Positions 34,892 to 43,426 of a stretch of DNA of 64,000 bases are shown in pieces (the first letter of the stretch is position 1; each line of letters starts with the position of its first letter). The stretch lies in assembly GCA_964230025.1 (NCBI GenBank), contig CAXRFO010000012.1, positions 923,652 to 987,651 of the forward strand, read 5' to 3'. The position numbers and the translations under genes were made by a program. A model generated the notes under the pieces. It ran no database searches. It saw only the letters and a list, made by a program, of their open reading frames with translations, and was not told the origin of the DNA. The stretch is from Flavobacteriales bacterium. Its GTDB lineage: Bacteria > Bacteroidota > Bacteroidia > Flavobacteriales_D > JAUILH01.

Positions 34892-37800
34892 CTAAACTAT
34901 GTCAATTTCTTTGGATTTAGTGTAAACCAAAAACTTTTTACTAACGTTTATGTTTGAAATATTTAAAATATCAGCGTATTCAAAAATTTGCTTTTTGTGT
35001 GCAGGGTTTCGTTCGCCGGTTTTAAATTCTAAAAGAATATAGGAGTCTCCTTTCTTTATGAGTTTATCCAAGACTCTTTTTTGACCAAAAACATCAAAAA
35101 TTTCTCGTTCAGAGTATATATGATCAGCCTCTTTGTACAATTCTTTTAACTCTGGGATTAGCAGAATTTCTTCTATTTTTTGGCTGAATATATTAATTTC
35201 TGAAGAAAGTAAAAGACCTAATTTTTCTGCCAAGAGCAGTGCCTTATCAATTTCAGTTATACTGTGACATTTTGATAATAAAAAATGGATGATATTTCCC
35301 TCTGAACGGGGGTTCTGGCCTTCCTTTAAAAGATCAGAAGAGCGCGTTGACAGGTGCACATTTCTTTGTGACGATATTTTTGGGTTTATGTAGGAGACTG
35401 GAGTGGAGGACTCTTGCTCGTTGTTGACCGGTATTTCTCCAATTTCCCAATCAATAAATGATTTTTTCTCTTTTCCATACTGGTCGGATATGCAAGAAAT
35501 TATTGGACTATTATCATTTCCTTCCATCACTAGTAACGCTTTTTCCGCTCTTGTGATGGCAACATAATAGGTGTTTATATCATCAACCAGTTTCTTTTCT
35601 TTTTCTAGGTCATATAATTCTGACTTGTACGCTATTTCTGATTTACTTTGAATCGATCCAAATAATTCTAATTTAAGATTCTCGTTGACTTCTGTCTCAA
35701 TCCAATCTTTATATCCCTTGCTACTATTCTTTTTTCCTTTGAAATAAAGTATGCAAATAGGAAACTGTAAACCTTTTGATTTATGTACCGTGCCTATCTC
35801 AATTGCTTTTTCTGATTTAGGTGTAGCTATTGTAGTTGATTTTCCTTTTTCATCCCAGAACTTAAGGAAATGTGCTAGGTTACTTCTTTGTTTGAAGAAA
35901 TGTTGATTTAGCAAATCCAAGAAACTTTGTAAAAAGAGGTCAGAAAAATCGAACTTTAATTGTTTTGCGCAATGTAGCACAAAATCAAAGTAATTTATAA
36001 AGTTTACCGGGCGGGTATCAATTCCATAATCTTCATAAAACTGATCTATGTCAATAGAAGAATTACTCCAAGATATTGGAGTGTTTTCATACACTTTCTC
36101 TCCTTCTTTTGGCTTTTTTTCTTCCAATCTATGGTATCGATCAAACAAAAGCTCGTGAGAATAATCATTTGCGTAAGAAAGATGATATAAAACTAAAAAT
36201 GACCTGCTTGAATGCGGCGAATTTAGTTGCTTTAAAATAGCAATTAGGGTGTTTACCTCTGGACTTTCATTTAAGCTTACCGAGTTTGAAATACTTATCG
36301 AATAGTTGTTTTTTCTTAACAAACTTGCCGCCTGCGCGGCTGATTTGTTTTTTCTACTCAATATGCAAATGTCACTGGGTTTATAACCCTTGTCTAAAAT
36401 TTCTTTGATGTTTTTTAGAAGCTTTTTATCCATTTCGTCATCAGCGCTATCCTTAAAAAGTTCAACACTTACCATCCCTTCTCCGTCTTTGTGATTTTTC
36501 TGATGCGAGTCCGCGTATGCATTCTTATAGTCAGCAGATAGCTCCTTAAAAGCATAGTCACAAAAGGAGTTTGCAAAGGAAACTATGTTCTTGAAGGACC
36601 TGTAATTGGTATCTAACACATGTATTTCAGCGTTACGTTCTAAATCCTTTTCATAAGCTTTAATTTTTTCATTTAAGGGTGAGTAAATGGTCGGTAAATC
36701 GATGAATTGTCTCATTTCTCCACCTCTAAACCGATAAATACTTTGTTTTGCATCTCCTACAATTAAGGATGTGCCTCCTTTACTCAAGCACTCGGATATA
36801 AGCGGTAACATTCCTTGAAATTGCCATATACTGGTATCTTGAAATTCATCTATTAGTATATGCTCGTAACGTTCACCAGCAAACTCATAAATAAATGGAA
36901 CCGGCTCATTAATACTTATATCCGCAATGATTTGATTTAATTCGCTTAAAAGGAATGTGGCGTTCTCTTCTTTTAATTGGGATACGATGGTGCCAATTTC
37001 ACCCATTAGGTAATTTAATGGCAAGTCATCAAGTGATTGGAGCACAGTGTCTAAACGCAAGGCCTTTGGGTGGATTTCGCTCATAAACGCATACACCTTG
37101 TTCTCAATACCCGCAAAGAAATCGGATGGATCTTTGTCCCAGCTCTTTCCAACCCATTTGTCATGAATTTGATACGTCTCACCAGTAAACTTAATCAGTT
37201 CATTTAAGTTTAAATCACCCTTAATATAGTTTTCAAACTTTAGGGGCATTAGGCCAGTTCTTGAATAGAGTTTTGGTTCATAGCCCCCTGAGTCGATTAA
37301 TTTATTTAAGTTTTCACAGAGGGTTTCTATATTTTTTGAAAGTTCAATTCTCTCTTTTTTTAAATTCTGGTATATCGAATGATATTCATCAAGCGATATT
37401 TTATGAATGTTTTCAAAGCGATCGGTATTTCCCTCTTTCAAGAGTTGAAACTTTATATCGTCGAATAAATCCTGAAAATAGGTGTTGGAATCGGACTCCA
37501 GTTTATGGCTAGCAAAGTCAAGCAGAATTTTATACAACTTTTTATCTTCCCTAGCCTTTTGATATAACTGTTGTATAGCACTATCAAGTATTAAATCTTC
37601 ACTTACCTCAGTTTGAAAATCAAAAGGCAAGTTTAATTCTCTTCTAAACGCCTTGATTATACTTAAAAGGAATTTATCTATGGTGCTAATAGATAACCTA
37701 GATTTGTTTTGTAAAATGTGATGTAATGTTTTTACGGCTCTTTCACTCAAAGTATTGGCGTCTATGCCGGTCTCATCAATCAGTGCCTTTTTTAATTCGG

Positions 37801-38005
37801 AGTCATTATTTTGCATATCGCTCAAGGCTGAAACTATACGCTCCTTCATTTCATTGGCCGCTTTATTGGTAAAAGTTATGGCCAATATATTCTGATATGA
37901 ATCGGTTTTATCATTGGCAAGACAAGTCGCTAAAAAATACTTTACGAGGGTGAAGGTTTTTCCACTACCTGCAGAGCTCTTATATATTTTAAACACCTTT
38001 CCCAT
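34892..38005 (-). CDS. AddA/RecB-like UvrD-family helicase fused to a C-terminal PD-(D/E)XK nuclease
   Basis: Walker A SAGSGKTFT, DEFQDTS, VHKSKGLQF. C-terminal nuclease motif D...ILLEFKTGE followed by KKQIFEY (QxxxY). Confidence 0.85.
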   Translation of the reverse strand: MGKVFKIYKSSAGSGKTFTLVKYFLATCLANDKTDSYQNILAITFTNKAANEMKERIVSALSDMQNNDSELKKALIDETGIDANTLSERAVKTLHHILQNKSRLSISTIDKFLLSIIKAFRRELNLPFDFQTEVSEDLILDSAIQQLYQKAREDKKLYKILLDFASHKLESDSNTYFQDLFDDIKFQLLKEGNTDRFENIHKISLDEYHSIYQNLKKERIELSKNIETLCENLNKLIDSGGYEPKLYSRTGLMPLKFENYIKGDLNLNELIKFTGETYQIHDKWVGKSWDKDPSDFFAGIENKVYAFMSEIHPKALRLDTVLQSLDDLPLNYLMGEIGTIVSQLKEENATFLLSELNQIIADISINEPVPFIYEFAGERYEHILIDEFQDTSIWQFQGMLPLISECLSKGGTSLIVGDAKQSIYRFRGGEMRQFIDLPTIYSPLNEKIKAYEKDLERNAEIHVLDTNYRSFKNIVSFANSFCDYAFKELSADYKNAYADSHQKNHKDGEGMVSVELFKDSADDEMDKKLLKNIKEILDKGYKPSDICILSRKNKSAAQAASLLRKNNYSISISNSVSLNESPEVNTLIAILKQLNSPHSSRSFLVLYHLSYANDYSHELLFDRYHRLEEKKPKEGEKVYENTPISWSNSSIDIDQFYEDYGIDTRPVNFINYFDFVLHCAKQLKFDFSDLFLQSFLDLLNQHFFKQRSNLAHFLKFWDEKGKSTTIATPKSEKAIEIGTVHKSKGLQFPICILYFKGKKNSSKGYKDWIETEVNENLKLELFGSIQSKSEIAYKSELYDLEKEKKLVDDINTYYVAITRAEKALLVMEGNDNSPIISCISDQYGKEKKSFIDWEIGEIPVNNEQESSTPVSYINPKISSQRNVHLSTRSSDLLKEGQNPRSEGNIIHFLLSKCHSITEIDKALLLAEKLGLLLSSEINIFSQKIEEILLIPELKELYKEADHIYSEREIFDVFGQKRVLDKLIKKGDSYILLEFKTGERNPAHKKQIFEYADILNISNINVSKKFLVYTKSKEIDIV

Positions 38006-38069
38006 TTTTATTCCTAGCTTTTATTTCCTTATCTTGCCCTTTAAATTTACGATTAGATTTAGATTTGAA

Positions 38070-39557
38070 ATGAAAAAAATATTTTTTTTAGGAGCTTTGG
38101 CATTTTCAGTATGTAATTTGTCAGCGCAGATTGAAAGTTCTTCTTTTACATCAACAGGTCATGCGGGTGCCACTAGTTTTGCAACCGATTACCAAGCGGT
38201 AGGAATTAATCCAGCAAATCTTGGCTGGACTATGAAATTCGAAGATAAAAAAATGGCATTAGGCCTCAATGAATTTACATTTTCAATCCATTCACAGGCT
38301 CTGGAAAAACAAGAGCTCAGAGATGAGTTTAACTCTATATGGAGAAATAAATCGGCCGATAGTCTAACACGAGATGAAAAGATACAGTATGCAAAAGACT
38401 TTACAGATTTAGGATTTGCGATGAATGCGAATTTTGGAAGCTTTGGTTTTGCCCTGACCACAGATAAACTTGGCGGAATTGGTTTTAGAATAAACGACCA
38501 TTTTTCCTATTACAGTAAATTAGGTGAGACAGCTTCTGATTTGTTGTTTTTAGGAAAAACCTCTTCTTATTTTGACAGTTTAACAATCGTGAATTATAAT
38601 GGAGACACAACTCAAATCGCTAACGATCCCAGCGCATATGATTATGATACACTTAACATCTTATCAGGTTTTACCTCCGCACCAGATTTGATATCACAAA
38701 TCACAAGGGGAACGGATATAAATTCGGTTTGGTACCGTGAGTATAATCTTTCCTACGGACGTAAAATTGTTGATGTGGAGGATAAGTTTGCTATATACGC
38801 TGGAGCTGGGGTAAAATATCTCCAGGGAATGTTTTTAATGAATATTGTATCTGATGATGATGGTTTTACGGCTTATTCAGCAACAACACCTTTCTTTGAT
38901 ATTGACTACGGATCTGCGGCGATGGGAAATCCAAGTGCGATGAGCACACAATCAGGCTCTATTCCAAATGCTGTAGGAAGTGGTTTTGGTTTTGACCTTG
39001 GTTTTAATGCCGTAATTGGTAAAAAACTAAAAATAGCTACCTCAATAATTGATATGGGATCTATGACTTGGGATGGAAATGTTTACACCGTTAAGGACAC
39101 CTTATTGTTTGATACAGAATCAAACGGATTGGAAAGCTTCAACATTGCTCAATCATTTTCTTCTTGGGTAGGTGACGATGGAATTTTCAGTTATCAAGGT
39201 GAAGAAAAAATTGAGGTAAAACTTCCAACCAAATTCCGTTTTGGAGCTAGTTTAGACTTGGGCGAAATTGCGGAAATTGGTTTTGATTACATGCAACCTC
39301 TAAATGATGCGCCAGGTAATATGGAAAAACCCATGTTTGGTTTGGGGGGAGATGTTAAGCCGCTGCCATTTTTGAAAATTTCTGCAGGGGTTCTGACAGG
39401 TGGAAATTACGACACACAAATCCCCGTTGGAATCGGAATTTTTGCTCCTTCTGGGACCTATGAGTTTGGTATCGCCAGTAGGGATGCCATTACCTTTTTT
39501 GCAAAGAACGGTCCAACCCTTTCTCTTTCCATGGGATTCATGAGGTTTAGGTTCTAG
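38070..39557 (+). CDS. Outer-membrane beta-barrel protein of unknown function (DUF5723 / TraF_2-like)
   Basis: The ATG at 38070 gives signal peptide MKKIFFLGALAFSVCNLSAQ (track start 37914 is an extension into the divergent gene). Ends ...SMGFMRFRF. Confidence 0.65.
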   Translation: MKKIFFLGALAFSVCNLSAQIESSSFTSTGHAGATSFATDYQAVGINPANLGWTMKFEDKKMALGLNEFTFSIHSQALEKQELRDEFNSIWRNKSADSLTRDEKIQYAKDFTDLGFAMNANFGSFGFALTTDKLGGIGFRINDHFSYYSKLGETASDLLFLGKTSSYFDSLTIVNYNGDTTQIANDPSAYDYDTLNILSGFTSAPDLISQITRGTDINSVWYREYNLSYGRKIVDVEDKFAIYAGAGVKYLQGMFLMNIVSDDDGFTAYSATTPFFDIDYGSAAMGNPSAMSTQSGSIPNAVGSGFGFDLGFNAVIGKKLKIATSIIDMGSMTWDGNVYTVKDTLLFDTESNGLESFNIAQSFSSWVGDDGIFSYQGEEKIEVKLPTKFRFGASLDLGEIAEIGFDYMQPLNDAPGNMEKPMFGLGGDVKPLPFLKISAGVLTGGNYDTQIPVGIGIFAPSGTYEFGIASRDAITFFAKNGPTLSLSMGFMRFRF

Positions 39558-39580
39558 ACTGAATAAGACAAAATTAATTG

Positions 39581-39604
39581 GGGAAGCTTAGGCTTCCCTT
39601 TTTT
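39581..39604 (+). terminator. Rho-independent terminator
   Basis: GGGAAGC-TTAG-GCTTCCC followed by TTTTTT. Confidence 0.75.
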
Positions 39605-39611
39605 ATGTTCT

Positions 39612-39619
39612 TATCTTTG
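39612..39619 (+). promoter_or_regulatory. -7 box TATCTTTG, 15 nt upstream of the pepD ATG
   Basis: Exact TAnnTTTG match directly after the terminator. Confidence 0.45.
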
Positions 39620-39634
39620 AGGAAAATCAAAGAT

Positions 39635-41080
39635 ATGAGCGTAAGAAACCTTGAACCTAGTGCTTTGTGGAATCATTTTGCAGATTTAAATGCGGTGCCG
39701 CGCCCTTCCAAAAAAGAAGAAAAAGTAATTCAGTTTGCTGTAGATTTTGGTAAGTCACTGGGACTAGAGACATTTACTGATGCGATTGGGAATGTTATAA
39801 TTAAAAAACCGGCAACTCATGGGATGGAAGACCGAAAGACTTTGGTTTTACAATCGCACTTGGACATGGTTCATCAGAAAAACGCGGATACAGTTTTTGA
39901 TTTTGAAAATGAAGGAATAAAAATGCTGGTGGATGGGGATTGGTTGACCGCAGATGGAACCACACTTGGAGCTGATAACGGAATAGGAGTGGCAACGATA
40001 ATGGCTCTTCTTAGCTCAAAAGAAATATCTCACCCGGCACTAGAAGCACTTTTCACCATTGATGAAGAAACTGGAATGACAGGTGCTTTTGAGCTAGATA
40101 CTACCATACTCAAAGGTGATATATTGCTTAATCTGGACACAGAAGATGACGATGAATTTTCCATTGGCTGTGCCGGAGGAATTGACACAAACACATCTTA
40201 TAATTACGATACTGAAAGCGGGGTTAAAAGGGATTCTGTGTACAAAGTGTCAATTACAGGTCTCAAAGGTGGGCACTCTGGAATGGATATACATTTAGGT
40301 AGGGGGAATGCCAATAAGTTAATGGCAAGATTACTTCTAAACCTAGAGCAATGTGGCTTGAAGTTAATTGAGTTTGATGGAGGGTCTTTGAGGAATGCGA
40401 TTCCAAGAGAAGCTTTTGTTATTGCAGAGTTATGCAACGACTGTTTGGTAAAAATGGATGAGAGAAAGGCAGCTATAGAATCTGAATTCTCTACTCCTGA
40501 ACCGAGTCTCAGAATAAACTGGGAAAAGCATGATTATGAGAGTGATGGTGACTTTGTTTCAAAAAAGGATACAAGTAAAATTTTAAACACAATTAATGCG
40601 GTTTATAACGGGGTATTTCGAATGAGTCCCGATATCGAGGACTTGGTTGAAACTTCCTCGTCTTTAGCTCGAGTTATCGTCAAGGATGGAAAATTTCAAA
40701 CGCAAAGTTTACAGAGAAGCTCATCAGAAACGAGTAAAATGGATATTGCGCATACAGTTGCTTCACCCTTTTATTTGATGGGATCACAAGTTGAGCACAC
40801 GGGTTCATATCCTGGTTGGCAGCCAAACACCAATTCAGAGATTTTGAATTTAATGGTGCCTATGTATAAAGAAATGTTCAGTGAAGACCCAAGAGTTCAA
40901 GCCTGTCATGCTGGACTGGAATGTGGTATTTTGGGAGAAAAGTACCCTAATTGGGATATGATTTCTTTTGGGCCAACAATCAGAAACCCACATTCTCCAG
41001 ATGAGAAAGTGCACATTGGAAGCGTTCAGAAATTCTGGAAATTCTTTTTAGAAGTAGTTAAAAACACCCCAAAAAAATGA
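39635..41080 (+). CDS. pepD: Aminoacyl-histidine (Xaa-His) dipeptidase, M20C family
   Basis: LEPSALWNHFADLNAVPRPS, SHLDMVHQK, GADNGIGVA, FTIDEETGMTGA. The ATG at 39635 is preferred because the track start lies inside the terminator. Confidence 0.88.
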   Translation: MSVRNLEPSALWNHFADLNAVPRPSKKEEKVIQFAVDFGKSLGLETFTDAIGNVIIKKPATHGMEDRKTLVLQSHLDMVHQKNADTVFDFENEGIKMLVDGDWLTADGTTLGADNGIGVATIMALLSSKEISHPALEALFTIDEETGMTGAFELDTTILKGDILLNLDTEDDDEFSIGCAGGIDTNTSYNYDTESGVKRDSVYKVSITGLKGGHSGMDIHLGRGNANKLMARLLLNLEQCGLKLIEFDGGSLRNAIPREAFVIAELCNDCLVKMDERKAAIESEFSTPEPSLRINWEKHDYESDGDFVSKKDTSKILNTINAVYNGVFRMSPDIEDLVETSSSLARVIVKDGKFQTQSLQRSSSETSKMDIAHTVASPFYLMGSQVEHTGSYPGWQPNTNSEILNLMVPMYKEMFSEDPRVQACHAGLECGILGEKYPNWDMISFGPTIRNPHSPDEKVHIGSVQKFWKFFLEVVKNTPKK

Positions 41081-41934
41081 AATTACACGTCTTAAACACC
41101 GGATATTTTAAGTTGGACGGTGGAGCAATGTTTGGTGTTGTTCCAAAATCAATTTGGACAAGAACTAATCCTGCAGATGATAACAACATGTGTACATGGG
41201 CCATGCGTTGTATGCTCGTTGAAACATCTGATCGTCTAATTCTAATTGATACGGGGATAGGAAATAAGCAGTCAGAAAAATTCTTTGGATATTATTATTT
41301 ACAGGGTATAAAGACTTTAGAAACGGCCTTGGCTGAAAAAGGATTTACGCCAGATGATATTACGGATGTTTTCCTCACACATTTGCATTTTGATCACTGT
41401 GGAGGAGCCATTCAATGGGATGCTTCAAAGGAAAGATTGGAGCCCGTTTTTAAAAACGCAAAATATTGGAGTAATGAAAGGCATTGGGATTGGGCAATTA
41501 ATCCAAACTCTAGAGAAAAAGCAAGCTTCTTGAAGGAGAACATTTTACCAATACAGGAATCCGGTCAGCTAAACTTTATAAAGCGTGAAGAGGCAAGTAC
41601 TTCAGAATTCTTCACAGGCTTTGACGTGCTTTTCGTAGATGGTCACACGGAAAGTCAAATGCTTCCTATTATAAAATACCAGGATAAAACCTTGGTGTTC
41701 ATGGCAGATTTGTTGCCCTCTGTGGGACACATACCTTTAGCTTATGTTATGGGCTATGATACGAGACCACTAATTACCTTAGAAGAAAAAGGAGCTTTTT
41801 TGAAACATGCTTGTGAGAATGATTTTGTGTTATTCCTTGAGCATGATTCGGTAAATGAATGTTGTAATTTAAAAATGACAGAGAAGGGTGTGAGATTAAA
41901 TAAGTCTTTTTCCTTTAGTGAGATGTTCTTGTAA
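41077..41934 (+). CDS. MBL-fold metallo-hydrolase
   Basis: THLHFDHCGG (HxHxDH). 4-nt ATGA overlap with pepD. Confidence 0.85.
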   Translation: MKLHVLNTGYFKLDGGAMFGVVPKSIWTRTNPADDNNMCTWAMRCMLVETSDRLILIDTGIGNKQSEKFFGYYYLQGIKTLETALAEKGFTPDDITDVFLTHLHFDHCGGAIQWDASKERLEPVFKNAKYWSNERHWDWAINPNSREKASFLKENILPIQESGQLNFIKREEASTSEFFTGFDVLFVDGHTESQMLPIIKYQDKTLVFMADLLPSVGHIPLAYVMGYDTRPLITLEEKGAFLKHACENDFVLFLEHDSVNECCNLKMTEKGVRLNKSFSFSEMFL

Positions 41935-41939
41935 TTACT

Positions 41940-42012
41940 GACCCCGTAGTTCAACAGGATAGAATAGACGCCTCCTAAGCATCAGATTTGGGTTCGAGTC
42001 CCGACGGGGTCA
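41940..42012 (+). tRNA. tRNA-Arg (anticodon CCT, reads AGG)
   Basis: Hand-folded cloverleaf. Acceptor GACCCCG/CGGGGTC. D-arm GTTC-AACAGGATA-GAAT. Anticodon arm GACGC-CTCCTAA-GCATC (one mismatch). T-arm TTGGG-TTCGAGT-CCCGA. Discriminator A. CCA not encoded. Confidence 0.85.
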
Positions 42013-42059
42013 CAAATAATTTGAAGTAAAGGATTATTTTACCTTTTTGCCTTGAAGAA

Positions 42060-42605
42060 TTAGTTCTTTTTCTTCTTTTTTCGCTTACCAAAATTTAATC
42101 CATCAACATCCCAATCCCTGTCATTAACAAAAGTAAAGCGCAGGCGAATAAAAAAGTTGTTCGTATTGGTAAATGTGCTTGATTTTGTTAAGATGTGATA
42201 TCCTGCTTGTAAGTGAAGTCCAAATACTCGGTAGCCAAGCATAGGTGATACCCCAAACCGTTCTTTTTCAAAATTGGTCCTTAACACTAAACTTCCCCCA
42301 TAGGTAAGATTTAATCTCCCTTCTTTTTGCCAATAACCAGTTTCAAACCCCAATACGTGCTCAAAGAAATTATAATTGAAGCCCAAGTGTGCACCATGTG
42401 TTTTTGGCTTCACTAGTTTAATTTTCTTCCACATACGTTCGGCACCAATTTCAAATACATCAAAGCGGCCTCTTTCATATCCGAAATATGGCCCGGTTTT
42501 TTTCACACTTATTTCTAAAGGACGCGGATGGGGAACGGGTTCCCAATAATTTTGACCCCTTGCAACAAAACTGATTAGTAATATGACCGTATAAATGATT
42601 CTCAC
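42060..42605 (-). CDS. Small outer-membrane beta-barrel-like protein with a poly-Lys C-terminal tail
   Basis: Signal peptide MRIIYTVILLISFVARGQ. Alternating strand pattern. Ends ...FIRLRFTFVNDRDWDVDGLNFGKRKKKKKN. Confidence 0.55.
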   Translation of the reverse strand: MRIIYTVILLISFVARGQNYWEPVPHPRPLEISVKKTGPYFGYERGRFDVFEIGAERMWKKIKLVKPKTHGAHLGFNYNFFEHVLGFETGYWQKEGRLNLTYGGSLVLRTNFEKERFGVSPMLGYRVFGLHLQAGYHILTKSSTFTNTNNFFIRLRFTFVNDRDWDVDGLNFGKRKKKKKN

Positions 42606-42679
42606 GCCGTTAATTTACTTTAATTTCTTTTAGCTTGTTAGATAGTACTGCTTTCAATAAATTAGCCAAAAAAGTAACA

Positions 42680-43330
42680 ATGAAAACATACAAACTAACA
42701 TTAATTGCTGGTTTAGCCTTCTTGGGCTTGGCCTTTGCATCTAGTATAGATGACAAAAAAGAGAAGTATCCAAGTCTTGAAATAGGAGCGAAAGCACCCA
42801 TGCAAAAAGCTCTAATGAAAGATGTGAGTGGAAAAGAAATTCATATGGAAGGATTGAAACAAAAAAACGGTCTTTTGGTCGTGTTTTCTTGTAATACTTG
42901 TCCATTTGTTGTTGGAGGTGAAACCCTAGGTGAAGGTTGGGAAGGCAGGTATAATGAATTATACGACTATGCCACTCAACATCAAATAGGAATGGTTTTA
43001 ATTAATTCCAATGAGGCAAAAAGAGACGGTGCGGATGCATATGATCGCATGAAAGAACGCGCCACAGAACAAGGTTATAAAATGTCTTACGTAGTCGATG
43101 AAGACTCAAAGTTAGCGAATGCCTTTGGGGCCAAAACTACTCCGCATGTGTATCTTTTTGACGGTGATTTTAAACTACAATATAAAGGAGCAATTGATGA
43201 CAATAATAAAAACGCTTCTAAAGTTGAAAAGCACTACTTAAAAGATGCCATAAAAGAGTTGGCTAGCGGGAAAAAGGTGTCAGTTCCAGAAACAAAAAAC
43301 CTTGGATGCAGCATTAAGCGAACCAAATAA
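42680..43330 (+). CDS. Thioredoxin-fold thiol-disulfide oxidoreductase (redoxin/AhpC-TSA-like), secreted
   Basis: The ATG at 42680 gives signal peptide MKTYKLTLIAGLAFLGLAFA. CNTCPF CxxC motif. TPHVYLFD. Confidence 0.8.
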   Translation: MKTYKLTLIAGLAFLGLAFASSIDDKKEKYPSLEIGAKAPMQKALMKDVSGKEIHMEGLKQKNGLLVVFSCNTCPFVVGGETLGEGWEGRYNELYDYATQHQIGMVLINSNEAKRDGADAYDRMKERATEQGYKMSYVVDEDSKLANAFGAKTTPHVYLFDGDFKLQYKGAIDDNNKNASKVEKHYLKDAIKELASGKKVSVPETKNLGCSIKRTK

Positions 43331-43426
43331 AATACGACTAACATTTGTTAGCAAACAGAAGGCCTGTTCAAAAGATAATTTTATTTGGACAGGCCTTCTT
43401 CGTTTCTTTGTGTCAAAGTCGAAAAA

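Noticed and set aside
38051-38067. TAGATTTAGATTTG upstream of the OMP gene, as a leaderless promoter.
   Set aside because: The -7-like box ends only 2 nt before the ATG. A start about 5 nt downstream would fall inside the start codon. It is probably an AT-rich initiation-region coincidence or a promoter for a different start. It is mentioned only as a loose case in the leaderless finding.
37914-38069. N-terminal extensions offered by the ORF track. The list: 37914 for the OMP gene, 39578 for pepD, 43385 for purD, 23981 for the TonB-dependent transporter, 18226 for nadE, 42635 for the redoxin, 1852, 10427-11173, 20109, 20588, 33720.
   Set aside because: The extensions start at non-ATG codons or run through terminator hairpins or the divergent neighbour. 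Internal ATGs give canonical signal peptides or canonical family N-termini.
41940-42012. tRNA-Arg as a possible integration site of a genomic island.
   Set aside because: I found no integrase, recombinase or phage-like gene on either side. I saw no direct repeat of the tRNA 3' end elsewhere in the window. The flanking genes are ordinary housekeeping and envelope genes.
43357-43399. 11-bp perfect stem (AGAAGGCCTGT / ACAGGCCTTCT) with a 21-nt loop between the redoxin gene and purD; considered as a purine riboswitch or attenuator.
   Set aside because: It does not resemble the purine riboswitch three-way junction. It is more simply a loose terminator for the upstream gene, although the T-tract is weak. 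Not enough evidence for a regulatory RNA.
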